A DNA stretch of 64,000 bases, taken from the NCBI GenBank assembly GCA_051362555.1, contig CM120640.1, forward strand, positions 64,086,788-64,150,787, given 5' to 3'. This document shows, piece after piece, positions 1 to 15,937 of this stretch. Below the pieces are notes generated by a model. It had not been told where the DNA came from. It saw only the letters and a list, made by a program, of their open reading frames with translations, and did not search any database. A program made the translations under genes and the position numbers. The number at the start of each line of letters is the position of its first letter. Within the stretch, counting starts at the first letter, position 1. The stretch comes from Lingula anatina (lineage: Eukaryota; Animalia; Brachiopoda).

Positions 1-3000
1 AAATTTTGTTTCAGGTTTCAAATGCACATGGCAATGTATGGGTGTTATTTTGTCTGTTAAACTGAGAAAATATCCCATTTTGGTTGTACTACCAAGTCCT
101 AAAATTTGCATCCCATGGGATGGTGGGTAAGCTGTGAGTAGTTTGTGCAAAGACCAGGTGATTCCAGTATGGATACTTAACTTTAGATTCATTTTAGGCT
201 TGTTTTAAAATCTGTTAATTGAATGTAAACCATATTTAATCAGTGTAAGCAGATGGAGGATTGCTTATCTGGAATGCCATTCTAAACAATGCCTTCAATA
301 CCATACCAGTAAGTGGCTGAAATAGAACAAGTAAATTATGTGAAACTGTGCAATTAAAAGCCCAAGCATAGTAATACTAGTGGTGGTACTGTCCTTAATA
401 AAAAGGGAAGAAGAATTGAAATAGTCTGACATATGAATTTCAACTGGTTGATTTCACATTATCTACTCAAGTGAAATGATATACATGTAAACTCAGTGGG
501 AAGGGCCAGCTTCAAAGGGGAGTAAAGATAGCCTTGTGTAAATTAGGCACTGTATTGTGAAAGTTATTGAATTAATTTAATGTTGTACAGGTTGTAAACT
601 CAGTGGGAAGGTCCTGACATCAAAGAAAAGAAAAGATAGCACTGTAGGTCTAAGGTAGTGTATTGTGAAAGTTATTGAATTAATTTATCAATGGGATCAA
701 ATTAACCTGCCACTTTAGCAATGTGAACACAAGAGAACCCCCAACAACCAGTAGTGTTTTGTAATTGATATGTTTTTAAAAGGGGTACTGTATATGATGC
801 TGTTATTAGTTGTTTTACTGCCTTATAGGTTATAAAATTATAGTTGAGAGACTGATCATTCTCATGTTTTATTGGAATTCTTGTGTTGTGCAAATAAATG
901 TGCATCTATTTTGCAAAATTTCAAGCATTACATTATTGCTGATTCATCTATTTAATTAGCAATAGAATAAAAGAGGAATAGACTTTAAAATATAGTCTTG
1001 GTGCAAAAATCCTGAAAAGAATACTTTTAAGTCTAAATAGGTAAGAAAAAATAGTGGAATGAAGCAACAAGATACCCGACTCTCAGCACTGTTTTATAGT
1101 ACACTACCAATAATTGAGCTACTACCTGTTTGCATAACCTTGGCTATCAAGTGAAGTAAAGAGTTACAAGTGAGGTAATGTTTAGCAAACATAAAAAAGT
1201 CTTAGGGTATATTAGCTTTGAATAAAAAGATGCCGTTAGGAAACATGATTTTCTGTAATTTGAGTCTGAGTAGTCATAACCAGAGGGGTTGCATTAGCAC
1301 ATTATGGTTTCTCAACATTTTTTAAGTTCTGTGTCTGTGGGCAAAATTTTACTTTTTTGAACTTCAGCAAAAGGGGACAAGAGGTAAGAGGAAGACACTC
1401 GTTGCATACTTCATTTTTTATAGCTTCTTCATCTTTTTTATGAGGAAGTGATGTAATTGTAAAGTGTCTGAAAACTTGTCCATCATTTAAAGTACTTAAT
1501 TGTGTAAGGCAGAGCATGTTGTTTCTCTTCTTAACATATCCTGTGCCCTGTAAGGAGCATTACTGCATGAAAAAAAATAAAAAGACTGGAAGCTTGAGCA
1601 CCTGCTTTTCCTGTCTTTTTGACCAAATTAAGCAGCATCAGACTGTTAAAGCACTGCAAGAAGTCTGCAGTACTTTACTCTACCCAAACATTGGATCAGT
1701 CAAAAAGTAGGAAAGCAAAAAGCTAAAAAAAAGTCCAGTGTATTCTTTTTTTTTGCCTTTCTCCATAGAAAGCCAAACTGAATCAACATTACCAAAGCCT
1801 AAGTAAGTAAAACAAAAAACAGCAAAATGTAAAGAAGGATAGATCCCAAATTGCGCCGTGTGGGTCTGAGCGAACAGGCGGTCTTTCTCTGGCGCTACCC
1901 CCTACTGCAGTTGATGGCTATCAGGCAGGAAGAGCATTGGGCACTCTATCAACTTGTTAAAGCACTCCAAAATAATTGTGCAAATATTTGCGATTTTTAG
2001 TAATCCTCTAAAAAGTGGTAGCAGTATACACTTAGCCCTAAGGAGGTGTGTATCAACAAGTCCCCATTTTCCCCTTCATTCATAACTTCAACCAGCCTTC
2101 CTTGAGTTCGAAGGGGACGTCTTATTCTTATTCGCACATGCTGCAAATGTGGCTATTGTGTGAAATCATATAGACGTGTTAATGCACACTTAAGTCGTGT
2201 TTTGTTGCAAAATATATAAAGTTTGTGTATCCAAAAGCATAGACAGGTTAAAAGTGGTTGCCCATTTTACATGCAGAATCTGGTCAACCGAAGTAAATTG
2301 AATGCATGTTTTCCTTGGAGCAAACGATGTCTGAAGCTCGGTGATGTGGAACATAATTGTTATTCTTGTAAAAGAATGGGTCACAGTCATATTTTGAAAT
2401 TATATATCTAAACATAAACATATTAGCATGGCTTGATTAGTCATTAATGGTTGCAATTACAGCTTGTTTTGGTAATATAAGGATAACCCTTTTCATTAAC
2501 TGCTGTAGCATACAGTTGATTATTGGCAAGAACAAAAATATAGTGAGCTTCAGTTTCTTTTAAATTTCACGAGTGCTGAAATTCCACCAGGATTTGCAGG
2601 ATTAAATGACCAGCAGTTCATAAAAAAGTTTTTCTCTATGATGTGTTTTAGTAGTGGGCTAATTATTTGTGAATACACAAGTGCTTAGTGAAAAACTCAA
2701 GGAGGCCAACCTGTGTACATGTTGTACCCAAACACATTATTCCAGTGAACCATTTAGATTAACCAGACCAATATTGATATACCAATTAGTTTCTCTGGGG
2801 TCCAATTTTGAGTTTTAATTTCTTTTCCAAGTCTTTGTTGCCAAAGTGTCCAAAATGAGATGCGAAATTAACTCCATGCACAGGAAGAATGCTTTTATTG
2901 ATTTTTATTGAGAGAGAAAATTAGAAGTTGATAACAAACCTGTTGCAGGTGTGAACGTATTCATGGTTCACTGAACAGTCACACATTTTGGTTGAAAACT

Positions 3001-6000
3001 ATTGATTAACAACGTATTAAGTAAGATTAGTATTACGTAGCTTGGACTTAATTATTTTGGGAGGTCAAGACCTTTTGACTTTATGCTTTATAGTTCAGAA
3101 ACATCTTTATAGAAATGAGTGACAATTTAGTTGGTTGCGGCTTTCTAGGTGTATACAATGTCTGCTTTGTAACAAATAAAAAAGGCGTATGTTCAAAAGG
3201 CTGAATAAATAAAACAGAAAAATCAGTCAAGCTGATCTCTTTCAATTATTGATCAATATCCCAAGGCACCCTCTTTAACACCCCTGTTCTTTTGTTGCAT
3301 CCATGAGCAACAAAACACACCTCCAGCAATTTAACCTCTAATTTCAATGGAAGAGACTTATTGATCTGATCTATCAATAATCGGTTGATTCTTTGATTTT
3401 TTTTCAAGTCTGCAGGAGGTACCTGTCACAGTATCAGTGAGTGAAGTTAAACTATGTAGCAACACTGAAGTGCTTAATAAATTAAACACTTTTCTGCCTC
3501 CATAAATCATGCTACAGCACAAAAATATCTTACATTTTAATTGATTCCCATTTATTCAGATTGAGAGAAGGATTTTGGCAAAAGATAGGACTTGATAATG
3601 GAAATGTATGTCCACCTTTTCTGTAATTAAGAACTATTGTCTTTGTTTATTCTATGGGAAAATACCTGTCTAGGACAATGAATGCAACTGGACCCTAGAT
3701 ATCACCCCACAATCTGGTGACATGGTCTTTTCTCCCTGTTGTCCACTGTTCCAACACCAAGTTTTAAAACTGAAAATCTATTTTCCAGATAATATGTTTT
3801 ATTTCGGTAGACCTTGTGATTTACAATTTGTAAACATAGGGATATAATTTAACAGCATGTTTAAAAACTCAGTTGTAATCATGGTAGGTGGCATAACAGA
3901 AAGATTGGAAGGGGTTTCTTATGGTTAGAAATCATAGTGAGCTCCCTAGATGTATATTAAGTTAGAAAGACCCATCTCTAAAAAGGCCATTTCTATAGAA
4001 TTAGCCTGAAATTGGTGTCTGTTTTGTAGAAGTCATTTCTTACAACTACGGCATACAAATCTCGTAGTGCTGTTTACAGATATTATGACATACAGTAAAA
4101 AGGGACCTGTTGATTAGTTTTAGAATGGAAATAGTTGTAACTTACAATCGTCTATTGTACCTCTTTCTTTAAATATTGAACATGTCATTGTCTATTCTTT
4201 TGGTGTTTTTGCGTTAGTTGTCACTTAGCAGATAAAATGTCCCACAGGAAAAAAATATGCAGTAGAGACAGACAGCTGCCTTGGGAATGTACACCAATTA
4301 CATTCAACACTTGTGTTGTGAAAGAGAAGAATGGTATGAAGGCTACACTTTATCATTTTTTTGTGGAGAAAAAATAGTTGACAGAGCTTTAGGGATGACA
4401 CATAGCACAGCGCAAAGTATTGTTTGTATTGTTCTTTCTGTAATCGTAGATGCTGCATTTTTTCAGGTCCCTAGCCACTGGGGCCAATTTCAATTTGTAT
4501 GAGATAGCAGGAGTCAAATGGGAAGAGAGTGACTTTGCATTCAGTTCTAGTTTTCTCTCCCATTGAAGACAGATACCTAATCTCTTATTAATTACACCAG
4601 GGTACTCAATGTTAGTCTTTCCTTAAGCCGAATTCTCACAGAAATATGCCACATGTACTCCAGAAGTCAAGCCCATCCAAACCAATGGCTATTTTGCACT
4701 TGAAAAAAGGTAATTACACTGACTGTTAGAGGAGATTGTGAAATCTAACCGTAGTGTCAATCACATTGAGCTATTTGGCGATCCTCTTACTTTGGTGTTT
4801 GCATATACTACCTGGCCCCCACACATGAGTAGGTTGAAATACTTGTAAAATACACAGATTTAGGGCCATAATAGGAAGAGAGGAGGGATAAAGTGAAGGA
4901 TGATTATCATTGTGTGATATCACTTTAGTTCAAAGGGTTTGAAGGAAATTGATCCCAGTGTTCTTTTTAGGGGTTAAAATACAAGTGGGTGGCTTGAAGG
5001 AATAATATACATTTTGGTAAGAAAAAAGTTGGCTTCCAGTACTAATAAAATTCAAGGTGCCCAATTTCAATAGAGGCGGCAGTCATTTGGTCTTACATCC
5101 AGTGAAAAACAGGAAAAATCAAGTTAGCTAGAACTTTTAATGGATCTAATATGTTGCATAAACTAACAGTTGTTTCCACGAAACATAAAAGTGAAGAGCA
5201 AGCAAAAGATATTTAAAAGAGATAAAAAAAGAATAGATCTTGAGATAAATTCATTTTTATCACTGACAGCAGACCCTGTTCTTCTCATCTCTGTATCAGT
5301 CTCCTATACAATATCTCATTTCTCCTGAAAGGTTATCACTGACAAACAGTGTTAAATACCTGCCCTACTGATATGTATTGACCCCAGCCACAGTGAGACC
5401 CAGAAGACTTCAACGTCAAATTTGATCTCCTTATGGACAGGGTAGAAGTGACAACAAGTGTAGCAAATATCCAATATGTCAAAACACAAGTAGGGGGGAT
5501 CTTGAGATTGTGATAGTGTTACATTTGACTCATGATAAGGAATAGTAAATGTTTCTTTGGGGAGGTTTGAGAAACAGCAAACAAATTCCAGGCTTTGTTT
5601 TTCTTGATTGGTAAACCAGGGATGTTGGGTGGTGTAATCTTTATTATGTCACTGCCATGTAGGTATGAAATCTGAAGATAAAGGAAAGCCAGCTGGGCCA
5701 AGGCTAGTGATTCTTATAATTGGCAACAATTTAATAAACAGATGTTTTTCAGTCTGCAGAAAATCATTCTGTTTGGTTTGATAATTATGTTACATTTTGG
5801 CATAATTGGAGTAACCGAGAAAGAGATGGCTAATATCTGACCCATTAACATATTCGTTACATGTTATGCTTGGCACCACCCTCGCCCCACTTCCCTCAGA
5901 TAAATTTTGTTAAATGGGCTAGTGATTTAAATGAGTTGGATTTCTCATCAGGCTCAGCTTTACCAGTAGAAGATTTTATTCTTAAAAGCAGCTTAATCCA

Positions 6001-9000
6001 GGAATTATAAATCCTAAGATGGGCCATTAAGCTAAATCTGATGCCTACAGGTTTGGATGTTAAAAACTGCTACTGTTCAACTGATGTGTTGACATTGCCA
6101 AATGCCAGTTTGTCATCACTTTACAACTGTCATAAACCTCTGCTTGAAAGCTGCAAGCAAATATTATTCCACACTTAGATCACAGATAAATAAATACTTA
6201 TTTGATCTGGATGTAAATCAGCATGGGTGGCCTGAAATTGATACAAATGTTTGCAACTTTGTAGAAAAATAGGTACTTTCTTTTTAGATTAAGTTTCAAT
6301 ATCAGTTTCTTGAAATCCAAGTATAGTTTGAATGAAAAAATTCAGTGTTGGAGGTGTGTCGAGTAGTTTTGTCATGTCTCTAAAACTTATCATGTATTAT
6401 TTGTAGGATATGTTAAATTGTTAAATTAATCTTTAAAAACATGTTGCTTGCTGAGGGAAAACCTGGCTTGTGTGAAGTTTGATTTAAAACAGGTAATGAA
6501 TTTAGTTTAGAGATAAATTATGATAAGGAAATCCAATGTCATTATTAATGATGATAAATGGATGACTCCAAAAGTACATTAAAGGAATCTTCAAAGAATA
6601 TCTTCAATGAAAAGGTGAATGTGTCTCAAAAGTTATTTTGTGTAAGATAAATAAGAATGATGTCATAATTTGTTGCCAAAAGACCACACTCCTTTCCCTG
6701 CCTGTAACATCTGAATCTGCCAGACACACTTCACACCTCTTTATCAATCATGGTCAATTTAAAACAATTTAGTAGAAGACAGCTGACCTCCTCAAACCTT
6801 GATGCCCCTCCCAGAGAACATATGGTGATATGGCCGGGGATTTACTGGTGAATAGGTCCAGGTCCTTTGGGGCTTGTTAAGCAAAATTAAGTCCAGTTAT
6901 AATAAGTCTCTGGCTGCCAGACAGTCTGACACCCAGTAGGGAATAACTTCTGAGTGGGGCTGTTCATTGACTACTGGTAAAGAAGGGAGTGGCAAACCAA
7001 GTCACAAAAAGGAAGGGATGGGTGTGTGAATAATGGTGATATTAAGTCCTGTGATGTTTCTGGGAACAGAATGATTATTATTTGTTTAAGTAAAGGTCAT
7101 GCTTGCCAATGTATTTGATATATGTCCTACTCTGACCATTAAATACCACAAGAAAATGAATTTACAGCCTCAAAATAATTAAGTGTCAAAATGTTATTTT
7201 GGAAGGGGTGTAAAGTTTAAAAAAATGATGTCAGCCCATACCTCATGTCCTGATGCTTATGTAAAAGCAAATGTTTGGTTCTGTATATTATTAAAAATAA
7301 AAAAACCTATTCAAAACTGAGGGTGAAATGCAAATTTAGCAAAGGATTTTCCATTGTATGAAAATATAATTTTGGAAGGAGGAGAGAAAGGGCTGATGAC
7401 AGTACACAATGAACATTTCAAAAGAGCAAGATGTTTCTGATATAACCACAGAGGTTGTGAAGTTATAATTAGAGAAATCCCTATGTAATGCTGTCTTAAT
7501 GGAATCAGAATCAGCTGGGTATTCTAGAAACTGTGGGCATACATGAAAGACACTTCCTTCTCAGAGATAAACAGTTTTGTAAACTATCACAAAATTCCCA
7601 ACTGAGTTGTGTTTCAAGCAGTGTCAGATATTTCAAACAAACTCAGCTGAATATCCCCCATTTTTCTTTCAGCCTACATGTTTCTGCTATACCTTAAGTG
7701 CTGTTCCTCATGCCTCCCCAGCATGTAAAAGGCAGGAGTGAACCTTAATGACAGGCAGTTTAAACTTGTAAACTGGACATGCTAGGGACATTAAAGCCCC
7801 CTTCACAGATATGTTACTGTTCTTACTCTTTCATGCTTGAAAAGTGTGAGGATGTGCTTTGAAAGAACTGTATTGATGATAAATTAGGTGCAAGGCAGTC
7901 ACTTGTGAATTTGATTTATGTATTTTACATTCCTGGTCCCGTTTTTTCTTTTAAAGAAGTTGCATGTCCCAAATAATATATGTTGGTGACATATTTAGAT
8001 TTAAATGAAATGGAAACCTTTTTAGTTAACCTTTTTTCAACTATCCCTTTTCTGAAAGGCTTCTAGGAGGTGCATACATGAACTATAACTAAAGGCATTT
8101 TGTATCTTTAATTGTTAAAAAAATTATAATATTATTTCATACTACTAATCAAAGTAATTTTAATGGGAGTCTGTAAATACATTCAGCTTTGCTATGTTTT
8201 TTTTATGTTTATTAAGCATGTTAACTCAAGTTCAAAGTGTCTACTGTGCAGCTGGGAGCTTTGTCTCCTTATAGCTGGAAGGCATCTAGGATTTCGTGCC
8301 AATTTCAGATGTCGTAGGAGATTCACTTCAAAGGCATTTAATGTGAAATGTCATAAATTGAAATCTAAAAAAAATATTAAATGGCCATGTGAATGACTTC
8401 AGGTGCTGTGAATTAGTATCAGTTCTATACAAATGCATGGGAGTTGAACAAATGGTTTTTATAGTATTTCAAGCACTATCATGGTGTTCCTGATTATTGA
8501 AATATTACCTGTAGAAGAAAAATGCTTAAAAAACAAGCAAAATTTTTCTCAAAATATATATTAATATACAGTGAGGAGCCAAACAAATAGTCTTATAATA
8601 TTATACAATAATCTCTTCTATAGCATAAACTTGCTTGGCACATTTAATATTTCTGATAGTATTGAAGTATTGAAGTTACTGCTTTGCTTTTTCTTTTTGA
8701 TTAAAAAAAGTAATGAAAATACACATTATCCAAAATCTGTCATTTAAGAAAAATGAGGAGTGATTTCTAGTCTGTGCACATTCCTTTCCTACTGCCATAA
8801 GCCAGGTTGATGTGGGTGTATCAGTTTAACAGTGAACATAATCCCAAATGGCAGGTTCTTTACAAACATTTCAAACAAACTAAGATAGATGCCAATGTTT
8901 TTATGGAAACCCCTCTCAAAACCTGTGCAGTAGATATTGTGATGACATGGCTTTGGTTACATGGCCATCCTGTAATAGACTTTAAGCTGGATCCAGACTA

Positions 9001-10360
9001 CTTTTTGTTCTTCATAGCAGGTTAGATACACCATTTCAGTATTATGATCCTTTTCTGTAGTTTTTTTCCTATATTTAAATACTTAAATGATATTTTGATT
9101 TCTGCAAAAACTGGGTTCAGATCACTGATTGACCAAAATAATTACAGATAATTGGTAAATTGACAAATGATATTAACAAAAAATAACAGCCAAAAACACT
9201 GTTATTAGTTGTCTTTTCTCACTACTTGAAGTCATATTAGTATTTTCCCAAGTAGCTCCCACAGGGTAGCAAAACTTGGATTCTGCCTTCAGGGGTCAAA
9301 CAGTATGCAAGATTATGTACCAGCGGCAAGCCAATTTATAAACATTTTGTCTGGCATAAAAACTGCAATTGCTAACATTTGTTCCCTCAAATGACATTAG
9401 CCCAAACAAACTCCCAACTATTTGGTTTTCACAAATAGCTCACTTTCAACAAATCACCATGTTACTTTTTGTAATTTTCTCCCAGTTGTGTTCTGATTAC
9501 ATTGCCAATGCGAGCATTACAACAGTTGTGGATGATGTTGAAAATCTAGGATTGCATGCTTCTAGAATACACAACAACAGTTGTGCAAACAGTGATGCAG
9601 AAGCTGTTGCACAGGAGTGACCACTAAGAAAGCTAGAACATTTCACTGTTGGGGTCATTTGTCTGTATTATTTTTAAGGTAATGCCCTAGGTCTTTGGTC
9701 AGTTTGGGTGTGATTTGACTTTGTCTAACAAGTAACCTGCCCAATTTAATATTAGAAAAGTATGTCAGACGCTTTCTCTGAATTCTTTTTTCTATTTAAG
9801 TGTCCAGAATTCCTTTACTATTAAAAAAATTCTCCAAACTGATTTTTATAAAATCTGTTGAAGTTATTGGCAGGAATTTTTCTGCTCATTATAGTTATCA
9901 ATAAAATACTTCTGAAAAAGAGCCAGATTCTAAGATTTCAAGATGCAAGAAGTGGATATTACTCCACTTTAAAAAGAGTTAATATTTTTTATGACACTCT
10001 AACTAAATGACATTTTCCATAAATTTTAGTCAACTAGATTGGGAAAACTTATTTTTGAATTTGTTGATCTGTTGATTTACAGGTGGAAAATTAATTTATA
10101 TTACAGCAATTGAAAAAGAAATTGATTTTAGTGTTTTTATTTTCGTATACTTCTTAATTGTCAAAATTGTAAACTTTATATTTTTTCTGTTCCCTGTTGT
10201 CAGCAGACATAATTCTTCACCTAATAACTGCCTAACCAAATTTTTGATTACTTTAAATGTGCTGAGGGGGTTAAAAGCTAGCCCAATCAAGTCATTATAT
10301 AAAAATGTATTGTACCTTTTCTTTTGAAACTTATTCATTAATCTATATATATCTTTTTAG
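1..10360 (+). other. Large intron of the TIKI gene (no credible coding exons found)
   Basis: Ends in a polypyrimidine-AG acceptor at 10360 before an internal TIKI exon. Only short, non-coding-looking ORFs lie upstream. Confidence 0.7.
486..687. repeat. Diverged tandem duplication, about 107 bp period, 2 copies
   Basis: tgtaaactcagtgggaagg...tgtattgtgaaagttattgaattaattta occurs at about 486-579 and about 593-687. Confidence 0.85.
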
Positions 10361-13300
10361 GTAGTATTTGCCTTAAACCAGACCCTGTGGCAGCATGAAA
10401 ACTACAGAATTGGCATGGGGAATATGCCGTACACTACAGAAGACTTAATAAAACACTATAACTGTGGAGACTTGAACTCTGTCATTTTTAACCAAGACTC
10501 AGCCCAAGTGCCGAATCTCGTCAATACCTCGCTCCCACCTAGGGAGCTTTCAACTGCCAAAAATATTGACAATTATTTCCGACAAGAACTTATCTACAAA
10601 CGAAATGCCCGAATGGCACGGAGAGTAGGACAGCTTTTAAAACAGTACCCGGACAGAAGTTTTTTCTTTGCTTTTGGTGCAGGTAAGATAACTTTTATCA
10701 CAGCTCTGCTTTATGTTTCAATAAACGGTTGTTGGTCTGTGGTAATAGAATGATTTGTATGTTTTGTAAGAACCCACATTCATTTTTTTGTGAAATATGG
10801 TTTGCCTCAACTTAATTCAGATGGAAAATGAGCAGCTTGTTTGTGTTAGGTACACATACCTGCACACAGAAATAGTTCAGTGCACTATTTGCTACATTTA
10901 GAAAATTAATTGTCACTATTTTGGTATACCTTCAGACACTAACATTCTAATAAAGTAATAATCACCACCACAGAGAATCTTATCTGGTTCAAAATAACTA
11001 AATATATTTTCTAAGTGAACCAATAAAATACATTAAGATTTCGGGGGTCAGCTCTTCAACAGGTTCATTACAGTTCAGAAACCTGCCAGGATGGGAATCA
11101 GTAGTTGGTTCTGACAGATTATGTGTAGCCTTAACAGATAGTCATCAAGTCCACTCTTGGGGAGGTAACATTAAGTGTATCTGCTTAAGTAGTGACTGAC
11201 CAATCTGGCCACATTTAATGGAATATCTCTCCAGGTGCTCCTAGGCAAAAAATCCTGGGAATTTTTTAAAATCAAACTGAAGGACTGAAAAGTAGATTGT
11301 ATCAAGGATATTAATTGTAAGGGATAGATTGAAGTAGCATGTTTTTGTAAAAAATATAACTTTTTCTTCCTTTTTTTGGGGGGGGGGGGGTGTAGATTCC
11401 CTCTGTAATGGAAGGATTTAGACTTTGTAATTGCGTTGAAGGTTATCAAAACAAAATAGATGTCAACCATAAATAATCTGATAAAAAAAGGACCAATATT
11501 TTATATACACAAAAAATCAGTAGTATGCTTAATGTAAATTTTGGTCAGACAAAATATGTTACATAATATACCTCCTTCCAGAATAGTACTAAGTGAGGAT
11601 AGGTATGTGTTTACCTGTGCACAGTCACCACAGGGATTGGGAGTGTGTGTGTGTGTGTTCTGGAATCCAAATGAATTGTTTATTTTCCCTTTCGAAATTA
11701 GCAAGCTTCTGTTTTCTTAGTAAATATAAGACAAATAGGAACCACCAGATTCAACATAATTAGAATTGTCTTTAAGTACCCCTTTTAGGGCTGCATGCTC
11801 TAAGTTGAGAGCATCTTGCAGTAGTGGCATTGACATTCATGATACTGGTAATGTAAGACACTGTTCTACAATTATCTTTTCGTGAGAGTAAAAGCATCTT
11901 ACTTCTGCGGTATTCAAAAAGTGACACATTTATCAATAAACCAAAATAATTTCCTTGTTCTCTGATTAACTAAAAGATGTATATAAGCCTAGCTGCTGCT
12001 AGAAAATCTTTGGAATAGGGGAAATTTAGGGGCGGGAGGTCTGATATAATTATGCTAAGAGGAGTTTGTATTTTCACAAAAACTGGTCATCCTTTCAAAA
12101 CAACATAGTTGTCAGTTGAAATAGTTTTGCAGGACAAAAATTAGTCATTTAGCAATGGGGAGGCTGACCCTCTTGTTCACCAAGTGGGGACAACATGGTG
12201 GGGACAGTGACAAGCTGAGATACAGCTGAAAAGAATGTTGAATTCAAAGTAAACATGGTATTTGGTAATAGGAGCAAGAGTGCATGGGAAATGAGCTCTT
12301 GCTGTGCTTGTGCTTTAAAATGATGTGCTAGATATTCATGAAATGGTAGGTTTCTGACGTGAGACATTGTGCAAGTGAAGTCAGGAGAAGAGTATACTGA
12401 CCTAATGGGTGAAAGTAAAATAACAGTTAACTAGTTTTTTTTTCAGTAATAAAAAATAATTAGAAATTGCAAGGTACTGCGTTTGGTTATGTCAGTTATA
12501 ATTTGACATTATCATCCAAATTACTGTAAAGAAATGCAAGAAAAATGGTTTTACTGGATAATTGAAATAAATTTATATTAATTGCCTCATTTGTGAATTA
12601 TTTAATATTTTCTTTCTTTTTTTTCTAGGTCACTTTTTAGGCAATGATACAATAATAGACCACTTAAGAAAGCTTAACTTTGATGTTGAGCATACGCAAT
12701 CACATGAGACAGTGCAAAGGTATGTAAAAATCTTGAAATAACAGGTGAATCAAAAGTTCTGAGCTTTTGCTAATACCTGTGCATTGTTTTAAATTGAATA
12801 CAGATTATAAATTGTATTTTACATTCATTTGTATTTAGAATCATAATCAAATCATATTGTTTTGGTGACAGAAAAATTAAACTGACATAAAATATCCAAA
12901 TAGAAGGTATAAATTTGCATATATTAGTTACCCAGCAGACATTGTCATTTCCATGTTAATACTTGGTGGTCATCAGACTGACCTTATATGCCTGTTGGGA
13001 GGGGTCATTGGTGTAAAATACCTGCATATTAAGAAACCAAAGACATTTTTAATGTGTTGCTTTCTTGTTAATGCTCAGTATTGTCTGTATCCAGGGGCAA
13101 GTGGCCACTGAATATTATGCAACCTTTTCTGGAGAAAAACATCTGAAAAGTGGCACAAGTGGTGTTTTGCAATTTAAAAGATGCATTATCAGATCATTTC
13201 CTGTCCCCCCTGGTTATTTTTTCAGGTGTAGGGTACAGGGTGGCCAGTTGCTCGCCATTATATTTTTATGGCCTGCTTTTTCAATGAAAGTATGCATTAA

Positions 13301-15894
13301 AATATTTGACTTCACACATTCACACCCAAGGATGTTGTTTCACTCGTGGTCGCGCTGCAAAAATAAGTAGTGTTGCATTAACGCATGTCCCGTCTCTCTC
13401 AGCATGCGACAGAAACAAAAACTAAAAATAATATTGACTCCTGATAAAGCTTATTAGGTGCAGAGATGTGGGTACCTCTACACCTCAACATTTTTGAGTG
13501 AGAAATTACCCCTTACAAAAGACAAATCTGATATCAAGTTTCAACACCTTCCTAGTTTGACTTCTTTTCACTGTATGTAATACAGTAAAGACTGTTTTCC
13601 TAATGTTTCAACCAATACTTTTTTTGGGAAAAAACCCTCCTAAACTACGTCTGAGTTGTTTCAAAAGGTGAAGTATATCTGAAGACACAAAATAAAAGAG
13701 GGTCAATATTGAATGAAATAATATTTACCCTCTTCACCCTACAGAGGGCCAATTTAGTGCACTCACCATCTATTTTAAAGTTGATTTTGAGAAATTTTAT
13801 GGAAAAATATTTAAAGAAGGATAAAGGTGCATGAAGTAGACTTTGCTTAATATATTAAAGGAAATTGAAATTTTTAGATGAAAATAAAATCATTCTGAGA
13901 TATACTATGAATTAATAATGGCTTTAGGTGTTAAAATGGCTTTTGTATGCATAGAGGTTTTCATTAATAAATACTACATGAAGGCAAGTATAAAATCAAA
14001 GAAGATAAATAGTATTGAAAGATGATAGGAAAATATAGCATTGTCCACCTTTGATGTACTTATATGGACTAAAGTAAAGTCTCTGAAACTCAGACTCTAC
14101 TGGAGCACATAAAGAGACATTTTGTCATGTATTTAAAGGAGCCAAACAATGGACACAAACCTCCCTGAAAAGGTGTGAAATTGTGGAGAAACCCAGGGCC
14201 AGGCCTGAAAAAACATCATTGTCTGAGGTGTATTTTAACTGGTGTGTCAACAAGAAGTTAGGTATCAGAGTTCAACACTGAGATCAAAGGCCTTGGTCTG
14301 TTGATGATCACCTTTTCACCTTGACTCACTTCAACTTAAAAAAGACCAGTGGTTTGGCTGTAGGGTCAAAGCAAAAAAGTCTCTACAATTTTCCTGGTTC
14401 AATTCAAGTTTTCAGATGGGTGTGGTGATGAAAAACAGGGCTGATTTAATGCAGTTTTAGTGTTTGAAGAGTCTGAGAGAATATATCTTGGATTTTTTTA
14501 TTGATACAATTTTTCAAGTTCTGCTCATTATAGAGGTTTCAAAATTTTGTATTTTCACTCTAAGCACTGCATCATGGTTACCATTTACTTTATTACTATC
14601 ATACATGAAAAGGGAAGAACAATTCTGTAGGCATGCTTTATTGATTCAAACATAAAAAACTCTAGAAATCATTTTGTACATTTATCAACTTTGCATTAAT
14701 ATTTTTTGTGACTTTTGCAAGTATTAGATTGATTTACATGAAGTCAAATAGCTTAGTTAAGCTTCACCTTAAAAAGTTTAATCTCAGACAAACTAGATGC
14801 CCTTCTACATTCCTCAATGGTAATTAAACTTCTCATTTGCTACTTTACCATCAAGAGCACACCTTTGGCAGAGCTAAAGATCTACTAAGAGCGGATTCTC
14901 AACGAATTAAGCCAGGCTTTACAAAGCCGGTGACCTAAAAATGGCGGACGTACATGAAAGAAAAACCGCCTAATCTTTTAATAGTCTCTCCGCCTCCCCA
15001 CACGTCGTCCCTGCGGGGTACAGTAATTAAATCGCCATGCGGAAGCTACCTGAGAAATATTAAGTGCGCATGCTCATCAGTTAAACTCGTGGTGAAGAAA
15101 GCATGGCAGCTGAAGGCGATCGGAGGAAAAAAGCTCTCTGTTCTATTATCTTTGAAAACAGAGACGAAAAAGGAATAATTTGGCCCGTAGAGCAGCAATG
15201 AATCTTCTATCTACGGAGATAATATCACCAGAGATATTCACGGAAATATTAATGTTCGGAGCCGAGATTTAATTACTGTACCCCGCAGGGACGACGTGTG
15301 GGGAGGCGTGTGAGAGGCGGAGAGACTATTAAAAGATTAGGCGGTTTTTCTTTCATGTACGTCCGCCATTTTTAGGTCATCGGCTTTGTAAAGCCTGGCT
15401 TAATTCGTTGAGAATGCGCTCTTATGCATACCATATCAGTGAGGAATGCAACTTAGTTTTTTTCTTATTTCACTGACTCTTTGATCACAGGTCAAGTGTC
15501 ATTGCTGGCCTGCTTGGTGACATATTCTCACTGTTGCAGGTCAGCTTACACATTAAAAATGACTTTACTGTTTTTGATGTCCGTTTGTGAGCTAGCTTGC
15601 TGTTGCTCACCAATGCTGTCAGATAAGACAGCTGGTCTGTTAGGTGCCTGGTTAAGTGATGATGATGACTGTCATCATCAAGAGAATTTTTCACCCTGAG
15701 GTCCAAATAGGCAAAAGCATACTTGTCTGCATTTCTCGTAGAAGCATTCTTTAAGTTGGCTAAATTACATTTATAATTGTGAAATTTTTTTAATGAAATT
15801 TGAGGGAATATTTGGAAGTAGAATAATGGGCTGTTTGACAATATGTATTGTAAATGATGACAAAGAAACTAGATTCACCTTCTACTGGAATACT

Positions 15895-15937
<43 letters not shown>

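Noticed and set aside
702-9620. Numerous 60-85 aa ORFs in the TIKI intron
   Set aside because: No recognisable motifs, no consistent splice sites, and composition typical of random AT-rich sequence.
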